In this document: positions 40,211 to 52,600 of the stretch, piece after piece
Layout: each line of letters begins with the position of its first letter
Position numbering within the stretch: position 1 is the first letter of the stretch
NCBI RefSeq assembly: GCF_001194135.2
Contig: NC_068993.1
Location: 27,630,465-27,691,523, forward strand
Direction: 5' to 3'
DNA: 61,059 nt
Source: Octopus bimaculoides
Lineage: Eukaryota
Position numbers and translations under genes: made by a program
The notes under the pieces: generated by a model
Seen by the model: the letters and a program-made list of their open reading frames with translations, nothing else
Databases searched by the model: none
Told to the model about the DNA's origin: nothing

Positions 40211-40596
40211 GTTGTTGTTGTTGTTGTTGGCACTCCGTCGCTTACGACGTCGAGGTCTCCAGTTGATCCGATCAGCGAAACAGCCTGCTCCTGAAATTAA
40301 CGTGCAAGTGGCTGAGCACTCCACAGACACGTGTACCCTTAACGTAGATCTCGGGGATATTCAGCATAACACAGTGTGACAAGGCTGACCTTTTGAATTA
40401 CAGGCACAACAGAAACAGGAAGAAAGAGTGAGAGAAAGCTGTGGTGGAAGAGTACAGCAGGGTTCGCCATCATCCCCTGCCGGAGCCTCGTGGAGCTTTA
40501 GGTGTTTTCGCTCAATAAACACTCACAACGCCCGGTCTGGGAATCGAAACCGCGATCCTATGACCGCGAGTCCGCTGCCCTAACCACTGGGCTATT
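40211..40596 (-). mobile_element. tRNA-derived SINE, family B (second copy)
   Basis: Aligns along its length with 29959-30343; (GTT)n tract on the plus strand at 40211-40229. Confidence 0.85.
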
Positions 40597-40619
40597 ACTA
40601 ACCCGCCAACTTTTTGTTC

Positions 40620-41137
40620 CAGATTGAAAGAGGTGGCGGTAACAACACTTTGAATACAACCAACTTAACACTGAGTGTCACACGTGAAGACAATTTGCAA
40701 GCTCGCTATGCAATAAAATTCTGTGTTAAACTGGGCATCACTGTTACAGAAACTTATGAAATGCTCCAGACTGCTTGTGGATTAACTTGTATGAGCCGAG
40801 CAACTGTTTAACACTGGTAAAAGAGGATCAAGGACGGTAGAATAGAGGTGAGATGTAATAAGATGTGTGGGAGGGAGAGGGAGGTTAGAACATTAGAACT
40901 GGTTGAGAAAATTCGCAAATTTCTGGATGAAGACAGTGGGAAGATGAAAGAGGCTATGACAAGGGTCCTGGACACATTCATTTAGGAGGACTTCCATGGA
41001 GCCTTCACGGCGTAGGTGGAGAGCTACAAGTGCATTGAAGTCAGAGGATCCTACTTTGAAGGAGATTAAAGTTTTGTACTTCTTTGAAGTTATTGTCTTT
41101 CCTGAAAAGTCTCAAAACCTCTGGAATACACCTTGTA
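40620..41137 (+). mobile_element. Internally deleted mariner derivative
   Basis: QARYAIKFCVKLG.T.TETYEML..A.G..CMSRATV..W; right end CTGGAATACACCTTG|TA. Confidence 0.7.
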
Positions 41138-41831
41138 GACTTTCTAGCGAACCTTTCGTAAGTACATTCATCCAAATTGGTGGAAAGTGGCTCTTCTATC
41201 ATCATTCCCAACGAAAAGGACAATGGTTGATATTATTTGATTTTTTCACCCGCACGATTTTCATTAAGTAAAAAAACAAAAACTCGGATTTTTTGCGTGG
41301 AATCAAATACCCTGACCTCCTAATATGCTGCAAACTCATTTTTGCTCGGAAAATAAAGATATTTTTGTTTTAATATTATACTAACGTGTTTTTTTTTTGT
41401 TAGATGAGTTTATCGTTCGTTATCTGTCCACACACTTCGTTATCACTAACTTCTATATCCTCTACATTTTCACAGATTCATTTCAAACTTCTTTGAATTT
41501 TCAATCTAATGTAATCCACACTCTCTCGAAAACGTATTTCTGCAAAATGTTATCTAAAATTATGGGTAAAGAAAGAAATAGCAAAAAATATTTGAAAATG
41601 GGGGTGGGAGGTGAAATTTCCGAGCATTAACTAAAACGAAACTGTTAATGCGGTGAAGTATAGTCGTCAGTTGGAAGAACTTCACGAAAAACTGCAGAAA
41701 AAGCATTCATCACTGGACGCTTTTCAGTTTAATCGAAGTCATTGAAAAGAATGAGGTGCATCCTAGGAGTTTTGAGACTTTTTTTAAGGGGAGGGGTTCT
41801 TAACAGTCCTACATTAAAAGGATTATAACAG

Positions 41832-41844
41832 TGGCGACGAGGAT
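41832..41844 (+). promoter_or_regulatory. Primer-binding site complementary to the 3' end of tRNA-Ser(GCU)
   Basis: TGGCGACGAGGAT is complementary to the conserved ...AUCCUCGUCG-CCA end of animal tRNA-Ser(GCU); it follows an ...ACA-G LTR-like end. Confidence 0.75.
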
Positions 41845-44340
41845 TTAAACAACTTACAGGGAATTAATAAAGTCGAAGAGGATCTAAACAACTCATGAGG
41901 AATTAATAAACTCGACGATGATAAACCAATTCACGTGAAACTCGAAGAGGAGTTAATAAGCTCACAAAGTTTTGTTGTGCGAATTTTACGAAAAAAATCG
42001 TAAAATAATGTAAAATTTGTTGGCCGGTTTGCTCGAATTGCAAAAACAGCAACAGCAACTGAAAGAACAACGACAGTAGCAGCTAAAACTGCAAGAACAA
42101 TAGCTGAAGTAATAACAACAGCTCCACCAACAACTGAAAGAACAACAACAGCAGCAGATACAACTGCAAGAGCAACAACAGAAGCAACAACAGAAGCAAC
42201 AACAACAAATAATATTATAGCAACAAATACTGCAATTACTGAAGCCGCCAGGTAAGCCAGAAGAAGTGTTTTCGGCAGACTATGTCGCGAACTTCATAAC
42301 AGAGTTCAAATACGAACCTGACGAAGAAAGATTTGGACGACGAGATGAAAATGCGCTTAATCTCGAGAAAACTAGCGGCAACAGAACATGAACGATACAG
42401 TAATTTTGTACTCCTAGGAAAACTTTCGGACATAAACTTTAATGACACAATAGATATACCGTGTACAATTTTCAGTAAAAAAGCTCATTGTTCAACACCC
42501 GTTTGAAGTATCTGAACATAGAGGAAAACAACGACGAGGACTACATCACATATGCTGATAGAGTAAACAGGGAATGCGAGAAGTTCAAGCTGGACGAATA
42601 ACGCAAGATATGTTCAAATGCCTTATTTTTACACAGGGACCTACTGCTGAAAGTTAGAACTAGAATTCTCGCAAAGCTGGAACAAAACTAGGATTTAATC
42701 CCGCAGCAAATGTCAGAAGAGTATGAAAGGATAGTCATATTAAGACACGACACAGAAGAAATTGAACGTAAAGATTGTTTCCAAGTAAAGCAAGTGCGAA
42801 ATAGAATAGAGATAGTGTTTTCTAAAAAAAAAAACGCACAACAAAAATCAAGAAATAAACCCATGTTTTGCATGTGGAGGTATACACTTGAGGAAAAATT
42901 GTCCATTTAAAAAAGCGGAGTGCTTTCGCTGTGGAAATATAGGACATATAAAGACGCACTGTAGAACGAAGATGGCAAAACGTCAGAACAAAGGAAAAAG
43001 AATGTCATCGGAAGAAATTGGTAATATAACGATGTGGAAATTCGTGAAGGTGAAAATCAGAAATACAAGTGTTAAAATACATTTGGACACTGATATTATA
43101 AACAAAAAAAACCTGGAAATATGTCGGTAAGCCGAAATTAATTAAATCGAAAAAGTAGCACGTGGTGTTATGGGAAAAAGATTGTATTTCTTCGGTAAAT
43201 TCATATGCAATGTAACATTTCGAGGTCAAACGAAAAAGGTTAAGATATGTGTTAAAAAGTTCACCTAATCTATTCGGCTCAGAGTGGATGGAACTATTCA
43301 AATTATGGGATATGCCCACAAGTGTCCTGTGTGGAAATGTAGTTGGGTCAACCAAAGGTTCAAATGCGGCTGAGAGACTGAAGCAAAAAGTTTCAGTAAA
43401 ACAGTCAAAACGAAATGAAAAATTTCCCACAATAAAAAGTAAACATTATTCAAAAGTAGATGTTATTGGGTTGAGACTACACATCGATTTCGCTGGTCTT
43501 TTAAATGGTTCTTACTACTTACTGGTACTTGATAGTTTTTCGAAATAGGCTGAAATTTGTAAGTGTAAAAAAACCAATCTCCTCAACTGTGATAAACTAT
43601 TTACACGAATTGTTATCCCAGACAAGATAATGTTTGACAATGGAACGCAATTTGTGTCTGGCGAATTTTAAAAAAAAATGTGAAACGTTCGCGGTAGAAC
43701 ATATAACTACGACGCCATACCATCCCAGATCTAATGGACAGGCAGAATGCTTTATTGATACCGTCAAAAGAGCCCTTAGAAAATCGAATGAGGAAGTCAC
43801 GGATGAGGTAGCTCCACAACAATTTTTAAGAGTGTACCGTGTAACACCAAATCCGAATACACCAGCAGGTAGCTCCCAGTGGAGCTGATGTTTGCAAGGA
43901 AAGTAAAATCAGTCTTTGATAAATTGCTACCTGGCAAGAAAAGAAAAGTGCCAGGGAAGACATAGAAAGGTTCTTTAAAGTTGATGAAAAAGTGTATATG
44001 AGGGCATACAAGAATGGAAAGCAGAGTTGGGAAGATGGCGTAATTACCAAATGCATAGTTAAAATGTATTGGGTAAAAAGTAGGAAAAGCATACAAAAGA
44101 GACAGGAACCAACGGAAAAAGAAAATCGTGGAAAGAGAACCAAAGAAGTTGGAGGAACCGATAGAATGGTTGTATTATATGTTCCAAGTACCGACGCCAC
44201 TGCAGGTGATTGAACCCAGACGTACAAATGAGATGGAAAGAAAACAAAGTTCCTGCCAAGCGCAAAAAATATTAAATTGTACGAAAAAAAATATTTCTAA
44301 ATAAAATGACACTTCCTAAGAAAACTTAACAGGGGAATTA
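41832..44340 (+). mobile_element. Ty3/Gypsy remnant, same family as 4004-6836, also lacking RT/RNase H
   Basis: ECFRCGNIGHIKTHC; protease LDT; LHIDFAGLLNGSYYL; PYHPRSNGQAE.FID; purine tract near 44330. Confidence 0.85.
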
Positions 44341-44499
44341 GTAATAATGGTACACCGCCTCCCACGTGACGAATGGAATGACTTAGTCACTATAAGTAAA
44401 GAGAGTACATAGTAGGCGGTCAGATACAATCGCGTCTTTACTGGTTTTACTAAGTATATTGTATATCGAAGTGGGAGTTATAGTAATCTAGCATTGTAA

Positions 44500-44640
44500 G
44501 GATGCAAAATATGAAAGTTTTTGCATCTTCCTCTTTGCTCTCCTGATGTCGCACGATCTGACTGTCACCTTTTCAGATTGTTGCAGCACTGTTTATAGGG
44601 AAAACAGTTTACTAACTGTGAAATTATTAAAAATGATATT
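44500..44640 (+). mobile_element. mariner C-terminal fragment
   Basis: H.L..SPDVA..D.HLFRLLQH.L.GKQF. Confidence 0.55.
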
Positions 44641-45119
44641 CAGTGTGTCTTCGCAGATTCAACAATTTATCAAACAGATGGGATTATGTTATCAATAATG
44701 AGGAGGCAAATCTTGATAAAATATATCAATTAAGACTAAAGAAACATTTCTTTCTTTCTTGCCATAAAATGCGAAATGATTTTCTTTCCTGCCTAATAAT
44801 TTCATGTTTATAACACTAACAGTCGTTACTTTTTTATAACATCTTTAAGTCACACTTAACTAACTTAAACACTAAATATATTTTAATGACAAGAAAAGAT
44901 ATGTTTATGATTTCACATAACAATATGTAAAGAAAAGTAGACGTTTAAGTGGGTGAATACGTCCCTTATAAGATAATCTTCTGGTAGATCAATTGGAAGA
45001 GGCGGTTTCGATCACCTATTCAAAATGTTTCATTCATTTTCGTACCCAATGTCACATCAGAACCGTAAAAGCTACAACAGTCCTTTTTCTTTCCCTCAAA
45101 ACGTACTGCTTTTGACTAG

Positions 45120-45355
45120 TAAAAAGTAATAAATATTGGTTTCAGGTTCTGGCACAAGACCAGCAATTTCGGTGGAGCGGGTAAGTCGATTACATCGATC
45201 TCACTTTTCAACTGGTTCTTATTTTACCAACTCCGAAAAGATGAAAGGTAAAGTCAACCCCGGCGGCATTTGAACTCAAAACGTAAAGTCGGAAGAAATA
45301 CCGCTAAGCATCTTTTTTTCAAAGCACTACGATTCTGTTGGCTCGCCGCCTTGAA
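45120..45355 (-). mobile_element. tRNA-derived SINE, family A
   Basis: Minus: GGCGGCGAGCC...GCTTAGCGGTATTTCTTCCGACTTTACGTTTTGAGTTCAAATG... Confidence 0.8.
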
Positions 45356-46277
45356 AAGTAACAGATTTTAAGAAATAAAATTATGAGCGCCATTTTACTC
45401 TTCGAGATTGAGCATCAGTATTGATTATTGGCTGATATACGCGCATTTCGCTTAATAAATCTTGTGCAAGTTACCAAACTCATGATACCTCATTCCATTA
45501 TTTTCCATAAAATATGGAATCTTTGTACGATGTCAAATATTTCTAATATTTAGAAATGAACATTTTGTGGTGTTATCATCAGAGTTTTAAAAAAGGGGGG
45601 ATATTTGTTCTGCTGTTAGATAAGCATTGAGTAAAATATGAGTTATTAGGCCCGTAAAAAGAGAATAGTCCTCAGTAAAACGAAACACCCTTTGGAAAAG
45701 CCTTCAACAACAGAATATATTAATGAATGTCTCACCTGTTTGGTCTAATTTAAATGTAACAAGCATTTTAGCCTGCACCATCAACTGAAGGAAGGCTGTG
45801 GAAACAATGTGAATTGATATTTAGAAACGAAAAAGAAAACAATAAGAAATTTACGGTTTACTTAAGATATGAACGAGGTGTGTCAATGAAATATCAATTT
45901 GTGCATGTGTTAGTTAGAAATATGCGCTTTGGAAGCTAGTGTTATGAAAACATCTTGTTGATCATTTAGTATGTTGGAGTTTTCCTAAATTTAATCTTGA
46001 TATAACGTATCAATAATGTTAGACTTTCATAACTCTGCTCTTCTTCAATGTATTGTCCAAAGCTGATATCATAGGTTTGATATAAAAACAGATTTATAGT
46101 AACAGGTTAATCAGATCATCACCGCCGTGAAGTGTCAACTCATGCTTGAGAAATGTCATGAATTCTAAATCGGCAATATAATAATTTAAAAACACTTATT
46201 TACCTTTAAGTTATTTCACAAGAAAATATATCGAAATAAAAATTTATCGCTTACTTTATCTCACAAAGTATACGCAC

Positions 46278-46320
46278 CGAAAATTGCTATGAAGCATAGC
46301 AATAGCACTCCTGACTTCAT
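46278..46320 (-). CDS. Inferred first coding exon: signal peptide MKSGVLLLCFIAIF(G)
   Basis: gccATG context; K followed by a hydrophobic core; phase-1 donor G|gtgcgt, compatible with the phase-1 acceptor at 37226. Confidence 0.6.
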
Positions 46321-46389
46321 GGCTGCACAGTTTTAACAATAGCCGGTTAAACGAAGAAACGAAGTTCTACTTCCGTAAAGTGGTGTTTT

Positions 46390-46425
46390 ACTGACGTTGT
46401 CAGCGAGAATCAATGAAGTTATATA
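46390..46425 (-). promoter_or_regulatory. Candidate core promoter (TATA box plus TCAGT initiator)
   Basis: TATATAA at 46425-46419 and TCAGT at 46394-46390 (+1 A = 46392) at canonical spacing; 72-nt 5' UTR to the ATG. Confidence 0.5.
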
Positions 46426-46562
46426 GAAGTTGTGTTAAGCAGGCAAGTTAATGAAATGCTTAAGAACAAATACATCTGTCTGACGAATTTCAATAAATCA
46501 TTTCTCCGCATTTTTAATGTAAATATTTATTTGCAACTCCTTTGTTGTTGTATCCGAATCAG

Positions 46563-46573
46563 ATATATATATA

Positions 46574-46671
<98 letters not shown>

Positions 46672-47067
46672 NNNNNNNNNNNNNNNNNNNNNNNNNNNNN
46701 NNNNNNNNNNNNNNNNNNNNNNNNNNNNNNNNNNNNNNNNNNNNNNNNNNNNNNNNNNNNNNNNNNNNNNNNNNNNNNNNNNNNNNNNNNNNNNNNNNNN
46801 NNNNNNNNNNNNNNNNNNNNNNNNNNNNNNNNNNNNNNNNNNNNNNNNNNNNNNNNNNNNNNNNNNNNNNNNNNNNNNNNNNNNNNNNNNNNNNNNNNNN
46901 NNNNNNNNNNNNNNNNNNNNNNNNNNNNNNNNNNNNNNNNNNNNNNNNNNNNNNNNNNNNNNNNNNNNNNNNNNNNNNNNNNNNNNNNNNNNNNNNNNNN
47001 NNNNNNNNNNNNNNNNNNNNNNNNNNNNNNNNNNNNNNNNNNNNNNNNNNNNNNNNNNNNNNNNNNN

Positions 47068-47122
<55 letters not shown>

Positions 47123-47150
47123 ATACATATATATACACACGTGTGTGTGT
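46563..47150. repeat. (TA)n/(TG)n microsatellite spanning an assembly gap (46672-47067)
   Basis: TA and TG runs on both sides of the N run. Confidence 0.95.
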
Positions 47151-47439
47151 ACATTAGATGCTTCCCTCTCCAGCTGTTCAAGTAGGTGTCCACATTTTCA
47201 TCTGCCTGTATTACATGGGCATGAATATATTTTTTTTGGCAATATTTTATAAATATGTATTTTCTTACATCGTAAAAGATTTTTTTTTTTGTATTTTAAT
47301 CCAATCAATACATTTATCAGTAGTTTAGTCTCTTTTGCGAAATATTTAAACAGGTTTATAACATCGTTAACAGATAAAAAAAAATCTAACCGAAAAATAA
47401 TTTAGTTTATACCATTATATAAATATTGGTTTCAAATAT

Positions 47440-47610
47440 TTAGTGCAGGTACAGTAATCATAGGGAGAAGGTAAGTCGATTACATTGACCCCCAGTGCGG
47501 AAGTGGTATCTATTTTATCGTCCCCGAAAGATGAAAGGCAAAGTCAACCTCGGTAAAGACGGACGAAATGCCACTAAGTACTTACACGGCGTTCTAACAA
47601 TTCTGCCTGC
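47440..47610 (-). mobile_element. tRNA-derived SINE, family A (internally deleted)
   Basis: Minus: GGCAGAATTGTTAGAACGCCG...TTAGTGGCATTTCGTCCGTCTTTACCGAGGTTGACTTTGCC. Confidence 0.75.
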
Positions 47611-47860
47611 TACATACCAACATATAAATATTCAATGTAATTTCTGAAGGCAGTTTTGAACTTTTGTACCTTCATGTATTGAAGTGAAATATAATGTTCA
47701 TACAGAGAGCTGAAAAAATGTTTAATCAATTACTCAAAAGCAAAAACAATTTCAATGAAATAAAGTCACGTGTTAAAACATGCAATACACCGTTTAATTT
47801 GCAAGTGTTTAATTGTAGAAAATAAAAGATAATGTATTTTTTAAGTACAGACTGAAGACA

Positions 47861-47915
47861 GCGAGCTGGCAGAAACGTTAGCACGCCGGTCGAACTGCTT
47901 CGCGGTATAACGGCT
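47861..47915 (+). mobile_element. 5' head of a family A SINE, interrupted by the Tx1 array
   Basis: GCGAGCTGGCAGAAACGTTAGCACGCCGG.CGAA.TGCTT.GCGGTAT matches the heads of the other family A copies. Confidence 0.8.
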
Positions 47916-49599
47916 CTGTGAATTATTGTGTATACTGTTGTGTTACTTTGTGAAAACTGTCTCGGTGAATAATTGTGATTTTTGTGGAATTATTACGGTT
48001 ACGTTTCGCGTGAGCTGCTCCATTTTTTCCCCCAGCTATGACAAGTGGTAGTGTCTCCAGTATGGAGAGCTACGCAAAGGCCACTGCGGTGAGGAAGCCA
48101 GTGCCGCTAGAAACCAAGTTAATCAAGTTGGATATGGAGGAGGTGACCAGACGCAGGAATTTGATAGAAGTTGAGGGAGACTCATACAAATTGTGTGCCC
48201 CAAAAGAGACTAAAGAAAACAAAATTCTGAGGACAGTAGTGTATCGTACACAGGCTGTCGAAACCTGTAAAATTGAAATGGTGACGGAAGGGGAAATCGA
48301 GGAGTGCCTGGGTGAAATTGTCAATGAAGCCACGTACATCAACAGAGGAAGAAAGTTCGGTACGGTTGAGGTGAGGTTCGCCACTATAGAAGAAGCAACC
48401 AAGCAGGCGACCAACATTTTAAGAAGTGCAAAAATAGCATTGCTACCAAGTTATAGAGGGAGAAGAAGTGTGAAAATACGTATTCCCAGAGTTACACCAG
48501 AAATTAAACCAGAGTGGTTGGTTGCAACAGTGCTGGCTGCAACCAAGGAGGAGCCGGAATTGGGACCAGTGGCGAAATCAAAAGTGTGCAAATGGTGGGG
48601 ATTTGGACTCGAAATGTGGCTTTTTGCCACATTCGAGGACATAGAAAGAATTCCCTACCAGATAGAAGTGGANNNNNNNNNNNNNNNNNNNNNNNNNNNN
48701 NNNNNNNNNNNNNNNNNNNNNNNNNNNNNNNNNNNNNNNNNNNNNNNNNNNNNNNNNNNNNNNNNNNNNNNNNNNNNNNNNNNNNNNNNNNNNNNNNNNN
48801 NNNNNNNNNNNNNNNNNNNNNNNNNNNNNNNNNNNNNNNNNNNNNNNNNNNNNNNNNNNNNNNNNNNNNNNNNNNNNNNNNNNNNNNNNNNNNNNNNNNN
48901 NNNNNNNNNNNNNNNNNNNNNNNNNNNNNNNNNNNNNNNNNNNNNNNNNNNNNNNNNNNNNNNNNNNNNNNNNNNNNNNNNNNNNNNNNNNNNNNNNNNN
49001 NNNNNNNNNNNNNNNNNNNNNNNNNNNNNNNNNNNNNNNNNNNNNNNNNNNNNNNNNNNNNNNNNNNNNNNNNNNNNNNNNNNNNNNNNNNNNNNNNNNN
49101 NNNNNNNNNNNNNNNNNNNNNNNNNNNNAAAGTCGAGAGGTTGGAGGAAATAATAAGAGTGAAGATGCCTGAGAAATGTGCTGAGAAATGCATTTTGATA
49201 CACGAGGAAAACTACTGGGAGTACATAAAAGAACTTAGTGAAAATATAATAACGAAATGGGTATGGTTGGTGGAGACACCACCCCCTAGAACTGATTATT
49301 TGCAGTTGATAAAGACGGAAGTAACAGTGATTAGTGGAAGAAAAATAACGCGAGTGTTTGAATTTTTTGAGTTACAAAACCGTTAAAATGTTTACATGAC
49401 GTTGAACGTAAAAGTGAAAAACTGGAAAAATGTAACCACCCAACTTCGGGGATCGAGTGGACATTGCGCCTCATTTTTTCATTCTTGCATATTATCATTT
49501 TATTTTAATTACCCCGATTTTATGTTTGCGTTTTGTACTGTCTTAATGTTTTGTGATGTAAAAATTCTTTGTATAGCCCTTTATGGGTAATAAAGAAAT
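47916..49599 (+). mobile_element. Tx1/L1-type element apparently encoding ORF1 only (HAL1-like); gap 48673-49129
   Basis: ORF 48038-49386: RGRKFGTVEVRF...LLPSYRGRRS.KI.IP, homologous to ORF1 of the neighbouring elements. The 3' end GGGTAATAAAGAAAT is shared with the complete Tx1 copies. Confidence 0.7.
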
Positions 49600-49612
49600 C
49601 GGTATTTCGTCT

Positions 49613-52600
49613 CCGTGAGTTTTCTTTGTTACGCGTCGCACATGTGTTCGTGGTGAAAATTGCTGTTTATTAGTATTATTATTTATAATAACTACTCTTT
49701 TTATTAACTGCTGTTTCTGTTAAATTTCTAACTGTTGGAGTTGTCATTTGAAAACACTAAGTGCTTGTATAAAGCACACGTTGTTCATTCCCCCGTTGGG
49801 GGGAAGAATGTCGTCTAGCGAGAGGCCTAACGTTGGCACAGAAATGTCTGGTGAGGCGAAGAATTTTTTATTGTCTGGCAAGGAGCCAACTACGAGCAAA
49901 GAACCAATGAATTCCTTCGAAAAAGGAATTTTTAATTCCCCCATTGCAAAAAGTACAACAAAATGTATGAGATATTTGGAGATGTGTCTGAAAGCTCGTC
50001 AGAACTTTCACAAAAAGATTTCCAGAGTTTGACTAAAAATAGTATTGTGTCAAAAAGGAATAATCGATGTACCTAGCATCCAGACTGAGCAACCAAAAAA
50101 GGAAAAAAGAAGTTTTGCGTTGGCAGCTGGGGGTGGAACCCGGCTGCTTTCGACGAACAAGTGTGACTATATGAAATATAGAGAAATAATGGAAATAAAC
50201 GATAACGTGGTTAAAATACAACCACCGGAGTAATTAATACAAGAAGAAAAACAGAAAACAATAATATTTAAAACTTACTGTTTACAAAAAAGAAAAATCG
50301 AAAGATTTACAGAAGAGAAGATAGAAAAGTGCTTGAAGCAAATATGGAGCGACGTAGTTTATCTGACAAGAGGCAGGAAGTTTGGTACGGTGGAAGTAAG
50401 GNNNNNNNNNNNNNNNNNNNNNNNNNNNNNNNNNNNNNNNNNNNNNNNNNNNNNNNNNNNNNNNNNNNNNNNNNNNNNNNNNNNNNNNNNNNNNNNNNNN
50501 NNNNNNNNNNNNNNNNNNNNNNNNNNNNNNNNNNNNNNNNNNNNNNNNNNNNNNNNNNNNNNNNNNNNNNNNNNNNNNNNNNNNNNNNNNNNNNNNNNNN
50601 NNNNNNNNNNNNNNNNNNNNNNNNNNNNNNNNNNNNNNNNNNNNNNNNNNNNNNNNNNNNNNNNNNNNGTCAAACAGTTAGTTTCCTTATCCAGGCTAAC
50701 CCTAAAATAATTAAAACAATTCCCGAAACAATTGACATAGGAGAGGAGACTCTCGTGGTGTTTGTTGAGGGCCGAAAACCCGGATGTCTTTTGTGCATCC
50801 AATTAGGCCACATTCGAAGGAACTGCAAGGAAAATGAGGAAGACGAGGAAGACGAGAAAGAAGAAAAAGAGGAAGAAGAAAAAGAAGAGAAGAAAACAAC
50901 AAATAAAAGAAAAATACAATCAGCAACTCAACCGAGAGCGGCGACTGCTATAGAACAACGACCAAAAAAGACTGCAAGAAGAGAAAAAGACGAAAAAGGC
51001 ATAATAGCCGTATACACTAAATATACTGAGCTAATGAGAGACATTCAATTAATTAAGACATCAAAAAAATAGGTAACCTTTCGGAGAAATATAACAATTA
51101 TGACGTGTATAAAGTCTCAAATAAGAAGCACAGAATTTTACAAAACAAATACCGTAAGACAGTATCATCTATGAGACTGGACTTTAATAAGTCTATATTT
51201 CATGGATTACCAGCTCCGATCCCGTGAGAAAAGGAAAAGGTGGAGACTCCTCTCCACCTCATAATTCTGTGTCGGTAATGAGATGGGATTTTAACAAATC
51301 TATTTCCCAAGACCTGCCACCTCCGACCCTGTATCACGAAAAGGTGGAGGGTCCCTCTCCACCGGACAGCCCTGATTAACAGGTAAGTCATGTCTGTTCA
51401 CATTGGCTGTATAAATGTTCGTGGCCTGATGTCTAGCTGGAAGCTAGGACACTTCCTAAATGACATCAGGTCAAGAAAATTGGATGTGATTGTTGCAACG
51501 GAAACCCGAGTAAAGGGGCCAAGAGATCTGTCCCCCTCCTGAACGGCTATGAGAAATACGTTTCTCCGAGTCGGGTGTGAGTTGGGGTAGGGTGTCGGTC
51601 CTACTAAGAAGAAACAGGGTAACCGAGAAAAAGTTGTTTTTTTCTGACCCAGAAGGCAGGCTTGTCGTTCTTGACCTGACATTCAGTTGTGGCAAGATAA
51701 TCAGGCTAATCGCTATTTATGCACCCAACATTATGGGCCCGCAAAATGAATATTTTCGTGACCTAGGCAAGTTCCTGGCCGCATCGCATTCGCTAGTATT
51801 GTTAGGAGACTTTAACACAATATGTGAGGCACACACAGATTGTGTTGGCTCTAACATGAACAGAAAATGTAACCCAGGCTGAGCCACTTTCAGCTAGCAG
51901 ATCCATATAGGTTTGAACACCCTAACACTCCACAGTGAACGTGGTCAAATTGTGACGGGTCTTCCAGAACATATCTAGATAGGATTTTAATTAGAGAAAC
52001 AGATAAGTCTATAGCTAAGTGTCCACAGTTTTTTTTCTAGTCAGCTACAATGACCACAAGATGGTTACCTGTAAACTGACAATAGATAAGTTATGGATCT
52101 GGTTACTGGAAATTCAATACGTCCCTTTTATCGATTGAGGAATACAGAAAGTTGATCAAAATGTTAATACAGAGGGCATTGACAGGTACCATCATTAATA
52201 ACAAATGGTGGTACGCCCTAAAAAGAGCCATCAAATATGAGTCTATTAGGTTTAGCATAAGTTTAGATAAAAAGTGACGTAGAATAGGAGATGGTTTAGT
52301 TAAGGAACTAGAAGAAGCTTAGAGGACTGGTAATGCGGACCAAGCGAGGGTGAAAAGACTGGAGTTAAACCAGCATCTTGAAGTCCAACACATGGGAAGT
52401 ATTGCCAGAGCTAAGTTACGTGCGATGGGAAGTGAATAAATCAAGGCCGCTAGATGGGCCCGTTGTGGTGGAAGCTCGGCAAGGAAATAGTTCCATTATA
52501 TGGTCTTTGACGAATCATAATGGCGTCTTAGTAAATGAACCTGAGAAAATGTGTGAGGCCTATCGGAAGTACTTCGCTCAGCTGTTCGGGGGGTGACGGC

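Noticed and set aside
41835-41965. Repeat-spacer-like periodicity suggesting a CRISPR array
   Set aside because: Units are contiguous tandem repeats without unique spacers, inside a eukaryotic LTR element; no cas genes are present.
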